Below are positions 1-11,978 of a stretch of 64,000 nucleotides of DNA, piece after piece. The first letter of the stretch is position 1. Each line of letters begins with the position of its first letter. Under the pieces are notes generated by a model, which was not told the origin of the DNA, did not search any database, and was given only the letters and a program-made list of their open reading frames with translations. The DNA lies in NCBI GenBank assembly GCA_048013815.1, contig CM106586.1, positions 3,162,001 to 3,226,000 on the forward strand. The letters run 5' to 3'. Position numbers and translations under genes: made by a program. Source of the stretch: Setoptus koraiensis. Lineage: Eukaryota > Animalia > Arthropoda.

Positions 1-1
1 A

Positions 2-3000
2 AACAAATGGATCGATTTCAACTACGACCTTGCTAAATATATAGGCAGTGATGCAGTACCTACTAATATCTTCAGAGATGCCAGACTGCTTGACTACTCT
101 TATATTCATTTAGTCACCAGTGATATTATTGAGGAAGACGAGCATTTGAATTATGGCGATTTGGTCGGTCTATCAGCCGCAATAAAAATATTCATGGAAC
201 AATCCTCATTTGATGACTTGGATGCCCGGTTCGAATACTTGAGGAATATAGGCATTCCTGAAGTTGACACAGTAATCGCATCTCACAATCGTATCTATGA
301 AAGTTTTGTGCCTTTGTTGAAAGCAACTGCTATCAACTGGAGTCTACCTTTCGCAGCCAGCGAAATGTACATTGATCCTCGTCTTTGCTCCGAGGTTCAC
401 CAAATTTTAATGTCCAGTAACATGGCTGAAATGATGGAACTTGAAAAATCTCACAACTGCTGGCTCATATCAAATCATTGGTTGATGCTTAGTTTACTAT
501 TAGAATTTATAGTTGTTGAATCAGCGAAGCAAACTCTTCACCAAAGTTTGCTGAACATTTCGGATATGTATAAAAAAGGTGAAGTTGATAAGCGCGACAT
601 GTTACGTCCGGAAATTGTGCAAACAATCTCAGGTATCTATCATTTCCTGCGAAACACTATCATCAGAAATGTCATCAATAGATATTACGACAACCAAATG
701 GCCCCGAAAATGATGCACAGACTCTTCTGGATAAGTTACTTGTTGTGCAAGTTCACGAAGCATCATTCTAAAGCGGAATTAGTAGCTATATGTAACCAGC
801 TACCCATGTTGTGGGCATTATCCTACCAAAAAATCATTCTACCTATCATAAGAGACTGCCAGATCCATGAAACTTTTTCCGGTTTATACAGCATCTGTGA
901 ACAGCTCGGTCTTGATGCCTCGATGATCGAACCTATCGATAAGAAATTATTACGGGTTGCCTTTAATAGATTTGCAGCATCTTATTCCGGACAAATCGAT
1001 GAGCTTCAACGCGAGACTTCCAGATTCTACAATCAGCTTTTGCTCGATTCCACCAATCGTTCGTTCTCGTGGTCAAGTTCGGAATACCTGGATTCCATCT
1101 ACGCACAAAATGCCAAGATAGCGGAATTGCAATTCCTACCTGCATTTCACCCCGAAGACACTAAAAACTTTTGTGATGTATTGAAGAGCTCGGAAAATGT
1201 TCTCAAGTCACTCAAAGACACATACAAATCTATTTTAGAGGACCAGAAGAAGGATGGTTCCTCAGTTTTATCCTTTTCCCATTATGAGCAGAGAAGATCA
1301 CTGTCCGAGACAAAATTTGCACCCTTGTGGCAAATTCATTATATCCATCGACATGGTTGCGTCGCGTTAATTGAAGAGGATTTTGAAGACTACTTGCACG
1401 TGTTAGATAATATTATATTAGCCGTTAAAGGTCTCTACGTCAGTCCTATATATCATGCCAATATACTTAAATTTGACATCTATATGAGTCGAGATGATAG
1501 CGAAGACATGCAAGTAGCAAATGAAATGAGTGTTGTCAGTGCCTTCATATTGAATCATCTTCAGGAACTTGTAGTGTTCGATGCTCAAGTGAGACATTGG
1601 TTGGAATCCGTTAAAAGTGCCGAATTTTTGATGTCCGCTCCGTTAGTGCCTGAGTATTCTCCCATTCTATCAATATTGTGCGCTAGAAACTTGAATCTCA
1701 AGTACTTGAAATTCTCATCGGACGTTCAGATCACGTCACATCTTCGATTATTGAACGAACATCTATTCGGAAAATATTGGTCAATCATTAGTGAGGATAG
1801 TGACATCATTGACCTGAAACTCGCCAACAGGTGGATAATCTCTTACGAACAACAGAAGTCCACAGAAAGCATATCATTCGATTCGGACTATCCAACAGAT
1901 CACATTTTCAAGTCGTTCATAAATTCTCAAATGGAAACTTCTATTCATTTCTTCAAACATTTGGATCTCTTAAACAAGAAAAACTCTGATGCTGCCAAAG
2001 CGGTCAAATTAGTCGTGTTCGGATCCAAGGTATACACTATTTGTGCACCATTATTCCCCATGGATCCCGCTCTAAGAATGCGAGAAATGCTTGAAATCTA
2101 CAAATCTGAACTATCTCATCTCAAAATTGAACGGGCTCTGAGACAAGTCGACTACTATCGCAAAACAGGACATAACATGGACATGGACAACATAAATCTT
2201 CCGTTTGCTACAAAAATTGTCATTGAACGATGTAAGATACTTGAAGATAAGATTTCCAAATTGCAGTCCAGCTATACCAATCGACCTCATAACGATTGTG
2301 GATCTCAATATAAAGATCTCAAGCTATACATAGAAAATTTCTTGAAAACAGTTGGCAGCAAGAATAGTATTATGGATATTCTTATCAACCAGGTATTTTC
2401 TCTTTTTGAGAAAGACTTCAACGCTGATAGTTTCAGACTCCTCAATATTCAATGTTTGAATTTAATGAAGTCGGTAAGAAACTGCATCAATCACATCAAG
2501 TCGTCTTTCTCCCTGTACACCGACCTAACCAACAATTTCTTGACTGGTGTGAGCTTCACCTTGCAAGGTTTAAAACTACTTAGAGTATGTATTGAGGGGA
2601 CGATGAGGGCGCAGGAGAAAAAATTCAAAACGGCATCAGATGTCGAACTTCAGATTGTTGCCATGATTGGATCCATCAGTTCTGATGCGCTCGAAGGAGG
2701 GCGGACTCTTTTGCTCAATCAAGATAGCATCCCAAAGCTGTGTTCCTCAGAAGTCGCTGTTACCACCAAGTCAAATCTTCTCAAAGCTTCGTTTTATCAA
2801 ATTAATAATCAGGTTATGCTGTCCCCAAAGAATGCAATTGAATTTATGCCTGTACTCATCGACATTCTTTCACAATTTCACGCGAATTGGATGGAAGACC
2901 TTAGACGTAAGCAAGAGATTAAGGATAAGAATGAAGCTTTGTATCAATTCAAGCCAGCTAGATCCTCATTGAGTTCTTCTGCTACTCCATACAGCAACAA

Positions 3001-6000
3001 TGAGTTTTTTGAGTTAAGTACTACATTTCCAACATATGATCACTGTTACATAGACATTCATGAGGCCAGTGATCTACCTTTTAAATCAGAGTTAAATAAT
3101 ATGGTTATGGGAGAGAAGATCATCCAACTCTCTAAATCAATCGATCTGACCGGCTGCCTAGATATTTGTAAGGCTCATCTCAAGTTTATCAGAATCTCTT
3201 CGGAAAATCTTTTAAATCATTGCCTCCCGAACAAGTACTCAAAGAGAGCCCTGAAAGAACACGACATCAGTAAGATTCTGGATCTCAAATCTCAAGCGCT
3301 TAGTGAACTTATAAGGAATAATATTTTGACGCTCACACACAGATTCGATTCTAGATTTTTAGATTTCTTTATTCTCCAAAGTCATGCGCTCATAAACTCA
3401 CTGGATGAATCTAGAGATCCTGATATCGATGATTATGATATATACCATCACAGTAATCCAAAAGAAGTTCGAAGATTACAAGACTTCTTCGACTCTCTTT
3501 CCAATAGGATAAAAGAATTGAGGAAAGATCTTACCAACAGAGAGCATTTGTATCTCCAAAATATCATAAAACTCATGCATCGAATTGGGTCATTCCTCAT
3601 CACCGACCCTTTGTCAAAATATTTAACTGGTGGCCATGCCATTCTTGAATATATAGAGCAATGGAATTCTCATGTTCCACGTGAAAGTAAATTGACTGAG
3701 GAGGAAGCATCTTTGATTGAAATAATCACGTCCTGGCGAAATTTAGAAATGAAAACTTGGAGAAACAGCCTTGAAAGAGTTGCTAAAAAAATGCAGAATG
3801 AAGCTTTGTGTCACCTGTGGTTTAATCTTTATACAGCATATGCAAACCCCCTAGAATGCGCTAAAATAAGTCTTGGGGGCTCATTCGATGAGGAGACTGG
3901 CATGAGCGAAGAAGAGAAAGTCCTCATCGGCTTTTCTATGTTCTTGATAAATTTCATGGATGCATCCAAAGTGGGTGACTATCAGATTCGTCTGGAGTTG
4001 TTGTACGCATTTACTGTACAAACCAAGCTGATCCAGTTGACAGGCAAAGCAAGCTCGATCAGTTACAGCAAGCTTATTGCGATATCCTACAATATATTCT
4101 GTCTGTATTCTATAAACTTTTCTCAGTGTGAAAAATTCTTTTGCAAGGAAACTGAAAAACTAACCAAAGAGCTCAACGACTCAGTCACAATTGTCGCTTG
4201 GAAAAATCGGCACCTTTGGGAAGTTAGGAACAATCTCGGAGTCGCGCAACGCAAAATCAACAGCATTCTGACCAAATATCGGAATTACTTAAGCCAAGAG
4301 GTCATATCAACAATTCCGCACAATGCTGATACTAATGCTTCGCTTGAAAGGCTGACATTAGATCAAAATTTGGCCAGTTCCGAGACTGTCAGCCATATGA
4401 TTATAGGTACATCATCTCTAATCAAATACACTCGTGCTGCTATCTCAGAAGAACAGAGATCATGCCTCATCTCTCACAAGCTTTTCAAGCTTGCGAAATC
4501 GAACCTTATCACAGAGAAGTTCGTATTACTGAGCCGTGAAATCATTGAATACATCAATCCTAGATACCCGAACGCTATTTATCATTTCGAAGAAGAAATA
4601 GAAAATCTGGACGAGTTCATGAAAAAATATCACGATCAAAATATCGAGTCCGTTGTATTATTGAGTAAAGATTCGAAAGAAGAATTGAGTATCAAGAAAA
4701 AACGTATTGGACAGATGGTTACCACTAAGCGATTCATGCTCGGAGCCATATTCAAGAGTCTAACCTCTCTAGGATTGTCATACAGATTCGGATTGAAATT
4801 TGAAAATGATTACCAGACTGTCATGGCAGCTGTTGAACCTCTTGGGTCTTTGTTAGTCAACCCAGGATCACGGACACTAGAAACCGCGAACAAAGCTATA
4901 AACATCAAATTGGTTGAAGATTGTAATCATTTGTACTACCAGATGATGGCTTCTAATATAGATCTAATGGCACAAGTAGAAAATTCCAAGCTAGACAACG
5001 AACTTATCGAGAGATTTCTCGGTTACTCGATACATCTAACGTGGGACATATGCAAACATCATAAATCAGTATCTCAGTCATACAAACACATGTTGAACAT
5101 CCAGTCAATCATAGTTAGATTAGAGCTATTGAATCAGAGAGCTGCGTCTCTGGCTGAAGTCCCACTAGTAAGTTTCTCCAAAGCACAATCCATAGTATCT
5201 AGATTCGACAACATATCCGTTATGTCATTATGTCAACTCAAGGCATTGAAAGCTATGTTCAACAGCTTTAGTGTGTTTGACAAAATGCCCCAATCTATAG
5301 CCAAGTCATTACTTTCTGACAGCAACATGAGTCAATTCTTAAGTGATGAACAGATGGAAAAAATCAAACTTATTATTGATTGCAAGATTGAGGCTTTATT
5401 GACTATAAAAAACCAAGCTCACAATATGATGGAAAACACAAGCAATAATCATTTCTATTCCACAGATGACACTCACGACCTGCAGAAACTGATTGAAGAA
5501 CATGCCAAACATTTAGCATCTATAGAAGATATTATAATGGAGAGTGAAATTGCTACTCAAGTTAGTCAATCAGCACACACAGTTCTGAACGAAATAATAC
5601 TGACCAGTCAAGCTAGTAATCAGCTGAAAACCGAACTGGACCAACTCATTTCCAAGTCCTCGCGAATTGACCAAAAATTAGCAAATTTAAGGCTTGCTAA
5701 GACTGCTGATAAACTTGTCACGAAGCTTATGTTCATTATGCAGAAAATCGCTGAATATGAGCAATCTTGCAAGAGAGATGACAAGGAAGATTCAAAGAAT
5801 GAAGAGAAGCCCATCAAACAAATCGATGCAGTCAAAATGGTGCAAAAATTGCAACTAGAATCTATTGATTCGCTACTGAGTACCAGCGTTGCTATTATCA
5901 ATAACCAATTAGAGTCTTCAGATTTGAAACCAATCATTGTAGGACTAACGCCATTGCTCTCTATCTACAACAATAATGTCACTACTTACATGAGTGTCTT

Positions 6001-8779
6001 ACTTTCATCGCTGAACACCAAAATGTCTCTTGCTTGTAAAATCATACCTTTCTTCGCCAAGATACTTCAGAGAGGATTGGGACTACCAACTCAGTATGAT
6101 GATCAGGACGGCCAGCAAAGTTCGGAGAAACTTACAGATCTCACTGATGCAGGTTTTGGCGAAGGTTGCGGAAACGATGACGTTAGTAAACGTTTGGAGT
6201 TTGAATCACAACTGGACGATTTGAAGTCTCAACCGGATGGAGATTCTCATAATAAAGAAGATGACAACATAAAATCTCATGAGGACGGTGTGGAGATGAG
6301 TGAAGATTTTGACTCCAAGGCTCATGGTGCAGACGAGGAAAGGGGGGATGCTCTACCTCCCGAGACGGAAGAAGATCCCGAAAAAGAGGGGGAGGATAGT
6401 AGTGAATTAGATGGGCAGATGGACGAAGTGGATCAAAATGACGAAGTACTTGATGAAAATGTGTGGGGGCAACAAGATGAGAATGAAGAACAGTTGCGTG
6501 ACGCTCCCGATGAACAAGGTAAACAACAAACAGATGAAACCAACATGGTAGCTGGTGACGATTCGAAGAGAAACGAATCTTCCGAAAAAGGCCAATCGAA
6601 GCAGCATATCGATGATGATCAAGAAAAAATTGATGATAAACCACCTGATGCAGATTCAGATCATAATATGAATGATGAATATGCAGAAGAAGCCCCCAAA
6701 GAAATGTTGAAGCCTCCCAAAGATTCATCAACTGGTATCGACCTGGTTCCCGAGGATATGGAAATTTCCAGTATCAGTGATACTAGTGATCCTATGGAGA
6801 CTGTCTCTGACACAGAATTACAAGAAGTCACAGATCAAGAAACTAAAGATTTAAACGACGAAACTGAGAAGGTTGAGGGATCAGAGTCTCCGATGGATAC
6901 TCATCAATCCGATCGCGAGGAGGGTGAAGTTGCAAGCAATATCGATGAGTTGGAAAACCCTGAACCGGAAAAAAATACCCTCGACCTGCCAGCAGAAACA
7001 GATATAACTCATTCGATGGATGAAGACTTCATTGAGAAACAATTAGACGAGGCCTTGGGTGAATTTCAAAGCAGAGAACCACACTCAAATCAACCGGAAA
7101 CAGTTGCCAACACCGAAAATGTTGTGCCCCCTTCTCGTCAATCAGGAGGTAATTTCTTTTATGATGTTTATCCTCCCGATGAAGATGTTGACTCCTTGTG
7201 CGGGGACATTTCGAGTAAGGTAGACACTTCTTCATCTAATCAAGTTGATCAATATCAGAGAAAATTGAATCAGACGGAAGATATGGTTGGCGATACTGAT
7301 GAGGATCGTCTTTCAAAGAATAGCGGTAAGCGAGTTCAAGAAGATTCAGTCAAAATGAGTGAAGTTAAGAAAAGACAGAAAATTTTAGACAGTGAAGAAA
7401 GCGAATTGATTGGTGAAGAAAGCTCCAACAAATTAGACAACCAAAATCAGCTCTCCGACAATTTTAGGCACGTTAGAGAGAAGAATCTAGGCGTCGTAGA
7501 TATGCTAGACATTGCGCAAGAAGACGATGTTCCCATCGAATTGGACGTTGATGAATCCAAGACCGAACAATCGGATGATCAGAAGGGAGACAAAACTAAG
7601 CCTGCCGAAGCTAAAAATGATGAGTTACCACCCCTCAAAAAATCCCATCAGGAGGTTAGTAAACCATCATCCACAGTCGACCGTTTTAAAGAGTCGCATC
7701 AGAAAGATAAGGATGGCAGTGCTTCTGAAACAGAAGAAGGCGAGATCAAATCCGATCCAAAGGACGACAATGAAGCAGTATCCACCTTCAATACAAACTA
7801 CGGCTTGCTGAATCTCATGTCAGATTCTACAAACAATTCTGAATGGCTGAAGTTGTTGGGTGATATCAGCGGACAGGCTCAGGATGATGAAGTCATGATA
7901 ATCGATGACGAAGAAGAGGTTGAGAAGGCCGTCAGTTTAGGTTGGGCAGAGTGCTCTAAAAGTGTACAGACTCTCGTTTATCAACTTTGTCAGCAGTTGC
8001 AAATAGTACTGAAGCCCACCAAAATGTCCAAGTACAAAGGAGACTATAGGTCTGGTAAAAGATTGAATATTAGAAAGATAATTCCATATATCGCAAGTCA
8101 GTATCGCAAAGACAAAATTTGGTTGCGGAGAACTAAGCCACATAAGAGGACATACCAAATTGCCATAGCGGTTGATGATTCTAGAAGCATGTCTGAGAAC
8201 AATTGTCGTCTCATGGCCTACCAATCATTGGCTCTACTTGCAAAATCATTGTCTTTAATTGAAGCAGGGTCTTTAAGTATACTGAGTTTTGGCGAAAATG
8301 TTAAAACTTTACACCGATTCGACGAGCCATTCACCGATTCGCATGGCAAAAATCTATTGAGGCATCTAAATTTTAACCAAAAGAAGACTAGATACTCGCA
8401 TTTATTAGAAGAGTGTTTGCAAATATTCAGCAAGTCTTCTGAACAAAGCTCCAATCAATTATCTCAACTACTTATAATTATATCGGATGGCCGTAATGTG
8501 ATGCAGGAGGGTTCTAGTAAAGTCCTAACAAGCCTCAAAAATCTAAAGTCGCTAGGAGTTTTGACCATGTTCATCATAGTCGATGATAAACAAGGTTCCC
8601 AATCTATTATCGACATCAAGCGTGCCTTAGTCGAGAATGTATCACAAGAAGCGCGAATCGTATCATATATGGAAACTTTTCCATTTCCGTTTTACGTAAT
8701 ACTTCGTCAAGTGGAATACATGCCATCAGTCCTAGGTGAAGGACTAAGACAATGGTTCGAACTGGTGAGCAATAGTTGA
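2..8779 (+). CDS. MDN1: Midasin (Rea1/MDN1), 3' portion: helical linker, D/E-rich region and C-terminal MIDAS/vWA domain; 5' end lies outside the window
   Basis: Frame is open from position 2 (the ORF-track start at 146 is an internal TTG). Long acidic tract followed by KPTKMSKYKGDYRSGKRLNIRKIIPYIASQYRKDKIWLRRTKP and the MIDAS motif VDDSRSM...LIIISDG, ending FPFPFYVILR...LRQWFE. No intron over about 8.8 kb. Confidence 0.96.
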   Translation, partial: NKWIDFNYDLAKYIGSDAVPTNIFRDARLLDYSYIHLVTSDIIEEDEHLNYGDLVGLSAAIKIFMEQSSFDDLDARFEYLRNIGIPEVDTVIASHNRIYESFVPLLKATAINWSLPFAASEMYIDPRLCSEVHQILMSSNMAEMMELEKSHNCWLISNHWLMLSLLLEFIVVESAKQTLHQSLLNISDMYKKGEVDKRDMLRPEIVQTISGIYHFLRNTIIRNVINRYYDNQMAPKMMHRLFWISYLLCKFTKHHSKAELVAICNQLPMLWALSYQKIILPIIRDCQIHETFSGLYSICEQLGLDASMIEPIDKKLLRVAFNRFAASYSGQIDELQRETSRFYNQLLLDSTNRSFSWSSSEYLDSIYAQNAKIAELQFLPAFHPEDTKNFCDVLKSSENVLKSLKDTYKSILEDQKKDGSSVLSFSHYEQRRSLSETKFAPLWQIHYIHRHGCVALIEEDFEDYLHVLDNIILAVKGLYVSPIYHANILKFDIYMSRDDSEDMQVANEMSVVSAFILNHLQELVVFDAQVRHWLESVKSAEFLMSAPLVPEYSPILSILCARNLNLKYLKFSSDVQITSHLRLLNEHLFGKYWSIISEDSDIIDLKLANRWIISYEQQKSTESISFDSDYPTDHIFKSFINSQMETSIHFFKHLDLLNKKNSDAAKAVKLVVFGSKVYTICAPLFPMDPALRMREMLEIYKSELSHLKIERALRQVDYYRKTGHNMDMDNINLPFATKIVIERCKILEDKISKLQSSYTNRPHNDCGSQYKDLKLYIENFLKTVGSKNSIMDILINQVFSLFEKDFNADSFRLLNIQCLNLMKSVRNCINHIKSSFSLYTDLTNNFLTGVSFTLQGLKLLRVCIEGTMRAQEKKFKTASDVELQIVAMIGSISSDALEGGRTLLLNQDSIPKLCSSEVAVTTKSNLLKASFYQINNQVMLSPKNAIEFMPVLIDILSQFHANWMEDLRRKQEIKDKNEALYQFKPARSSLSSSATPYSNNEFFELSTTFPTYDHCYIDIHEASDLPFKSELNNMVMGEKIIQLSKSIDLTGCLDICKAHLKFIRISSENLLNHCLPNKYSKRALKEHDISKILDLKSQALSELIRNNILTLTHRFDSRFLDFFILQSHALINSLDESRDPDIDDYDIYHHSNPKEVRRLQDFFDSLSNRIKELRKDLTNREHLYLQNIIKLMHRIGSFLITDPLSKYLTGGHAILEYIEQWNSHVPRESKLTEEEASLIEIITSWRNLEMKTWRNSLERVAKKMQNEALCHLWFNLYTAYANPLECAKISLGGSFDEETGMSEEEKVLIGFSMFLINFMDASKVGDYQIRLELLYAFTVQTKLIQLTGKASSISYSKLIAISYNIFCLYSINFSQCEKFFCKETEKLTKELNDSVTIVAWKNRHLWEVRNNLGVAQRKINSILTKYRNYLSQEVISTIPHNADTNASLERLTLDQNLASSETVSHMIIGTSSLIKYTRAAISEEQRSCLISHKLFKLAKSNLITEKFVLLSREIIEYINPRYPNAIYHFEEEIENLDEFMKKYHDQNIESVVLLSKDSKEELSIKKKRIGQMVTTKRFMLGAIFKSLTSLGLSYRFGLKFENDYQTVMAAVEPLGSLLVNPGSRTLETANKAINIKLVEDCNHLYYQMMASNIDLMAQVENSKLDNELIERFLGYSIHLTWDICKHHKSVSQSYKHMLNIQSIIVRLELLNQRAASLAEVPLVSFSKAQSIVSRFDNISVMSLCQLKALKAMFNSFSVFDKMPQSIAKSLLSDSNMSQFLSDEQMEKIKLIIDCKIEALLTIKNQAHNMMENTSNNHFYSTDDTHDLQKLIEEHAKHLASIEDIIMESEIATQVSQSAHTVLNEIILTSQASNQLKTELDQLISKSSRIDQKLANLRLAKTADKLVTKLMFIMQKIAEYEQSCKRDDKEDSKNEEKPIKQIDAVKMVQKLQLESIDSLLSTSVAIINNQLESSDLKPIIVGLTPLLSIYNNNVTTYMSVLLSSLNTKMSLACKIIPFFAKILQRGLGLPTQYDDQDGQQSSEKLTDLTDAGFGEGCGNDDVSKRLEFESQLDDLKSQPDGDSHNKEDDNIKSHEDGVEMSEDFDSKAHGADEERGDALPPETEEDPEKEGEDSSELDGQMDEVDQNDEVLDENVWGQQDENEEQLRDAPDEQGKQQTDETNMVAGDDSKRNESSEKGQSKQHIDDDQEKIDDKPPDADSDHNMNDEYAEEAPKEMLKPPKDSSTGIDLVPEDMEISSISDTSDPMETVSDTELQEVTDQETKDLNDETEKVEGSESPMDTHQSDREEGEVASNIDELENPEPEKNTLDLPAETDITHSMDEDFIEKQLDEALGEFQSREPHSNQPETVANTENVVPPSRQSGGNFFYDVYPPDEDVDSLCGDISSKVDTSSSNQVDQYQRKLNQTEDMVGDTDEDRLSKNSGKRVQEDSVKMSEVKKRQKILDSEESELIGEESSNKLDNQNQLSDNFRHVREKNLGVVDMLDIAQEDDVPIELDVDESKTEQSDDQKGDKTKPAEAKNDELPPLKKSHQEVSKPSSTVDRFKESHQKDKDGSASETEEGEIKSDPKDDNEAVSTFNTNYGLLNLMSDSTNNSEWLKLLGDISGQAQDDEVMIIDDEEEVEKAVSLGWAECSKSVQTLVYQLCQQLQIVLKPTKMSKYKGDYRSGKRLNIRKIIPYIASQYRKDKIWLRRTKPHKRTYQIAIAVDDSRSMSENNCRLMAYQSLALLAKSLSLIEAGSLSILSFGENVKTLHRFDEPFTDSHGKNLLRHLNFNQKKTRYSHLLEECLQIFSKSSEQSSNQLSQLLIIISDGRNVMQEGSSKVLTSLKNLKSLGVLTMFIIVDDKQGSQSIIDIKRALVENVSQEARIVSYMETFPFPFYVILRQVEYMPSVLGEGLRQWFELVSNS

Positions 8780-9638
8780 AATTAAAATATTACTGTAAAG
8801 AAACTAGCACTATGGCATAGTTTACAGTTGTGATACCTTAAGGGGGTACAATAATGTTTACACATACAATATAAACATATGAAATAGTCACAATAAATTG
8901 AACTGACTATTTGCCATCTTACCGCTTGTCCAGCTAATGAATATGTTTACTATATTTCAATCTGAGCACCAGTCCATGTTGAATGGTCCTTTTTTTTTCT
9001 CAAATGATTTTCTGTCTGTCTGTGAGTGCAGATCAACTTCTTGGTAGCTGACAAGTTATTCTGTCAACAAACAATATCTACATTATTGGCAGACATCGAA
9101 AAGAACTTGACTGAGTTTGTTGGAATTGTTTTTTTATTGGAGCATGTACAAGTTATAGTTTTTTCTTGATCACATCAAGTCTATCATGAAAGCATATTAT
9201 GCTGCTTCAAGGATGACTTGACGTTTACAAAGACAGAAGTCATTTTGGCGACTCGAACTTTTATATGGCATACAATTATATTTACTGAAAGAATCATTAA
9301 GATTTGAGTTTTTTGTCGATTATAAGTTCTCAACTAGAATGACTGCCTCTTGTTAGTCGGCAGTTGGATGCATCTTTTGGTCTTCAAGATGTTTGGCATT
9401 TGCATATATTTCGCTCATTATGCAACATCCAGCGATTTATCGAGCTAGGATAGTTAACATCGATAGAGAAAACGGTGACAATTATGTCTGTTGTTAAAAA
9501 CAGTTTGCAATGACAATAAATCATCCAGTTTGATTAGTCAAATCAAATCGAATCTGTGCTGCCATTCACTGCCAACTCAGCAGCCAAAGAATGAAAAGAA
9601 ATAGATCCAACAAGTGATTAAAATATCTGATTACTATC

Positions 9639-10832
9639 ATGGCGAAGTTCAACTCATTCGATTCACCTGCAATAAAGTTCATTAGTACTAGTTTGTATAA
9701 GAAGCAAAAGCAAAATAAGTTTTCCATGTTTCAAGATTTGTCCATCGAGCAAAATAATCAAGAGCTATCAACATTAGATAAGAATCATCCACAGCAAGCT
9801 AGAGCAAACGAATCAATCGAATTGCAAGTTACAAGTGATATTCATGATCGATGCCATGAGCTGATAAAAAATTCGTTGGTAAATTTGAATCCTAAAAAGA
9901 ATACAATTGCCATAAAGGGACCCAGTGGTAGTATAAGAGGACACAAGAATTGTGTAAAGAAGAATGTCGACTCCATATTGACCACGATAGTAAAGAAAAA
10001 CAACAGGAATACTGGTATTGACGATATATCGGACGATGATTGCGATATTTGCGTCGCTTATGTGACCTCTTTAGGTGTTGTCCGAAAGACTTACGAGGAT
10101 TGTCGGCTCCTCAAGTAAGTAATTATTGCGATTCTGAGCAAATATAATAATAGCTAAAACACAATCATCTCATTAATGGTATCGATATGTACTATCCGAA
10201 CAACCAATGCGTCAAGATCAATACTTTTCCAAAATTTTATCTACTATGAAGAGCGTGATATTTATTTAAACTACGAGTATCGATTAGAGTTAAAGAGAAA
10301 ATGCGGAGATAACTTCATTATTCCGGCTGTGTTTCTAAATGGACAACACATTGGGGTAAGTGGGCTTAATCAGCCTTGATCGTCATTATCATCATGATAG
10401 CGAGGATGAACTAATTAACTGTTTGTAATTACGTCTTTCAATGTTTCAGGGCGTCGACATTATAGGACAGTTGAATGAGACAGGGCAGATTGGAAAATTG
10501 TTGGCCAATTCTAAGGTAAGTTTAGCTTGACTAATGAATGTTAGCATACGGTATTCCAATTTATTACAATTAATACAATTGTGATGGTTTGTTTTCCCGC
10601 ATTGCGTCAAAAGATGGATTCCGCTCAAACAGAAACTTGTGGATGTTGTGGAAATGCTAGATTTATACCCTGCGTCAGATGTCACGGCTCTACAAAATCC
10701 AAGGTACAACACTACCTGAATGACTCGGTTGTATTGAAATGTTCCAAATGTATAAGTGGACTGGTTCAATGTCCCCTGTGTTTAGAGAATATGAGACGGA
10801 TTAGACATGATCGAAGCGCTTCTTGCGATTGA
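9639..10832 (+). CDS. Glutaredoxin domain-containing cysteine-rich protein (GRXCR1/2-like), 4 exons
   Basis: Exons 9639-10114, 10217-10355, 10450-10515, 10614-10832 join in frame through GT-AG introns. Motifs YVTSLGVVRKTYEDC, EERDIYLN..Y..EL, PAVFLNGQHIGG, and C-terminal CGCCGNARFIPCVRCHGS...CSKC..GLVQCPLC. Confidence 0.88.
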
Positions 10833-11978
10833 TGGCATCGCTTTTCGTCTGACCAACTACAGCGAAGTGATTACTGTACTACACTGTCTAGATTTGCTTT
10901 TGTATGTTCACTCTTACTCATGCTTCATAGCATCATTGCAATGCACTGGATGGCTATCATAATTAGGCCTTTTAATTTTAATAAATAAACAACAATCGCC
11001 TGACAACAGTATGTTAGCTGGACGATGTATAAATTAATGTATAACAGTAGTTTCATGTCCATCTTTAATTATATCAATGGCGGATAGAGCTACTGTCTGA
11101 CACATATACTGTCGCTCTAGGTGAAACTCACGTGAATGAGCGTATCCATATTCGCTATCTTTATAATTACTCAATGAAATTCAAGCGCCAGAAAGAGATG
11201 AACACAACAAAGTGTTAACTTTATAATTATTTATTTAATTTTTTATTTACGATTTCGCCTCTCCCGGTAGAGTTCGGCGTGTCATGGTTGGGAAGGTTTC
11301 CTTGTAAGATCCTCCTGATATCTAGCAAACGCAGAGAGACTATTCAACAAGTTATACTGATTATATGAGTATCACGAGCGCATAGTCGTTCGAATAGACA
11401 GATGTCGTTGATATATCCACTCGCACACAGAAACAGCTATGGCGCACCATGAGTTTGAGCGCCCGCCTAGCATGTTTCATCTAGACCGGAGTGAGGCGCT
11501 GTTCGGCATTACACCAGACTATATCCTAAGAATTCTTTCAGGAATTCCGAGGGATGAACCACGTAATGCTCGCGGTTCTGTGTGCCAAAAAATAGTATCG
11601 ACAAATGACACTGATGGCACAAACGCCTATAGAATAGTCATAGAATAGCTGTCGAAGATTGGCGAATAATAAAAATAGATTATGGATCAGTTACCATGTC
11701 ATGGTTATAAAGGGCATTTATTTCTCTTTTTTCTGGCCCAAAATAGAAACAGTGTCGGATATGTCTGGTTGTGTTTGGAATACTGTGGCTGGCATGCAGC
11801 ATGAAGATTGAGCTTGGTAGACGGCCGACAGAAGCTCTCTGCATCGTACTTTATAATAATAGTTTTAGTTAGAGTTTAGGCGCAAGCCCACTTTTCATTT
11901 GCTCTGAATACAACAAAACGTAGCGATCAACCGCCTTGAATCACGTAATATAGAAAATAGGTTCAAAAAAAAAGTACC

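Noticed and set aside
11240-11700. Coding-like GC-richer stretch including ORF 11439-11648
   Set aside because: All frames are interrupted or featureless, so no product could be supported.
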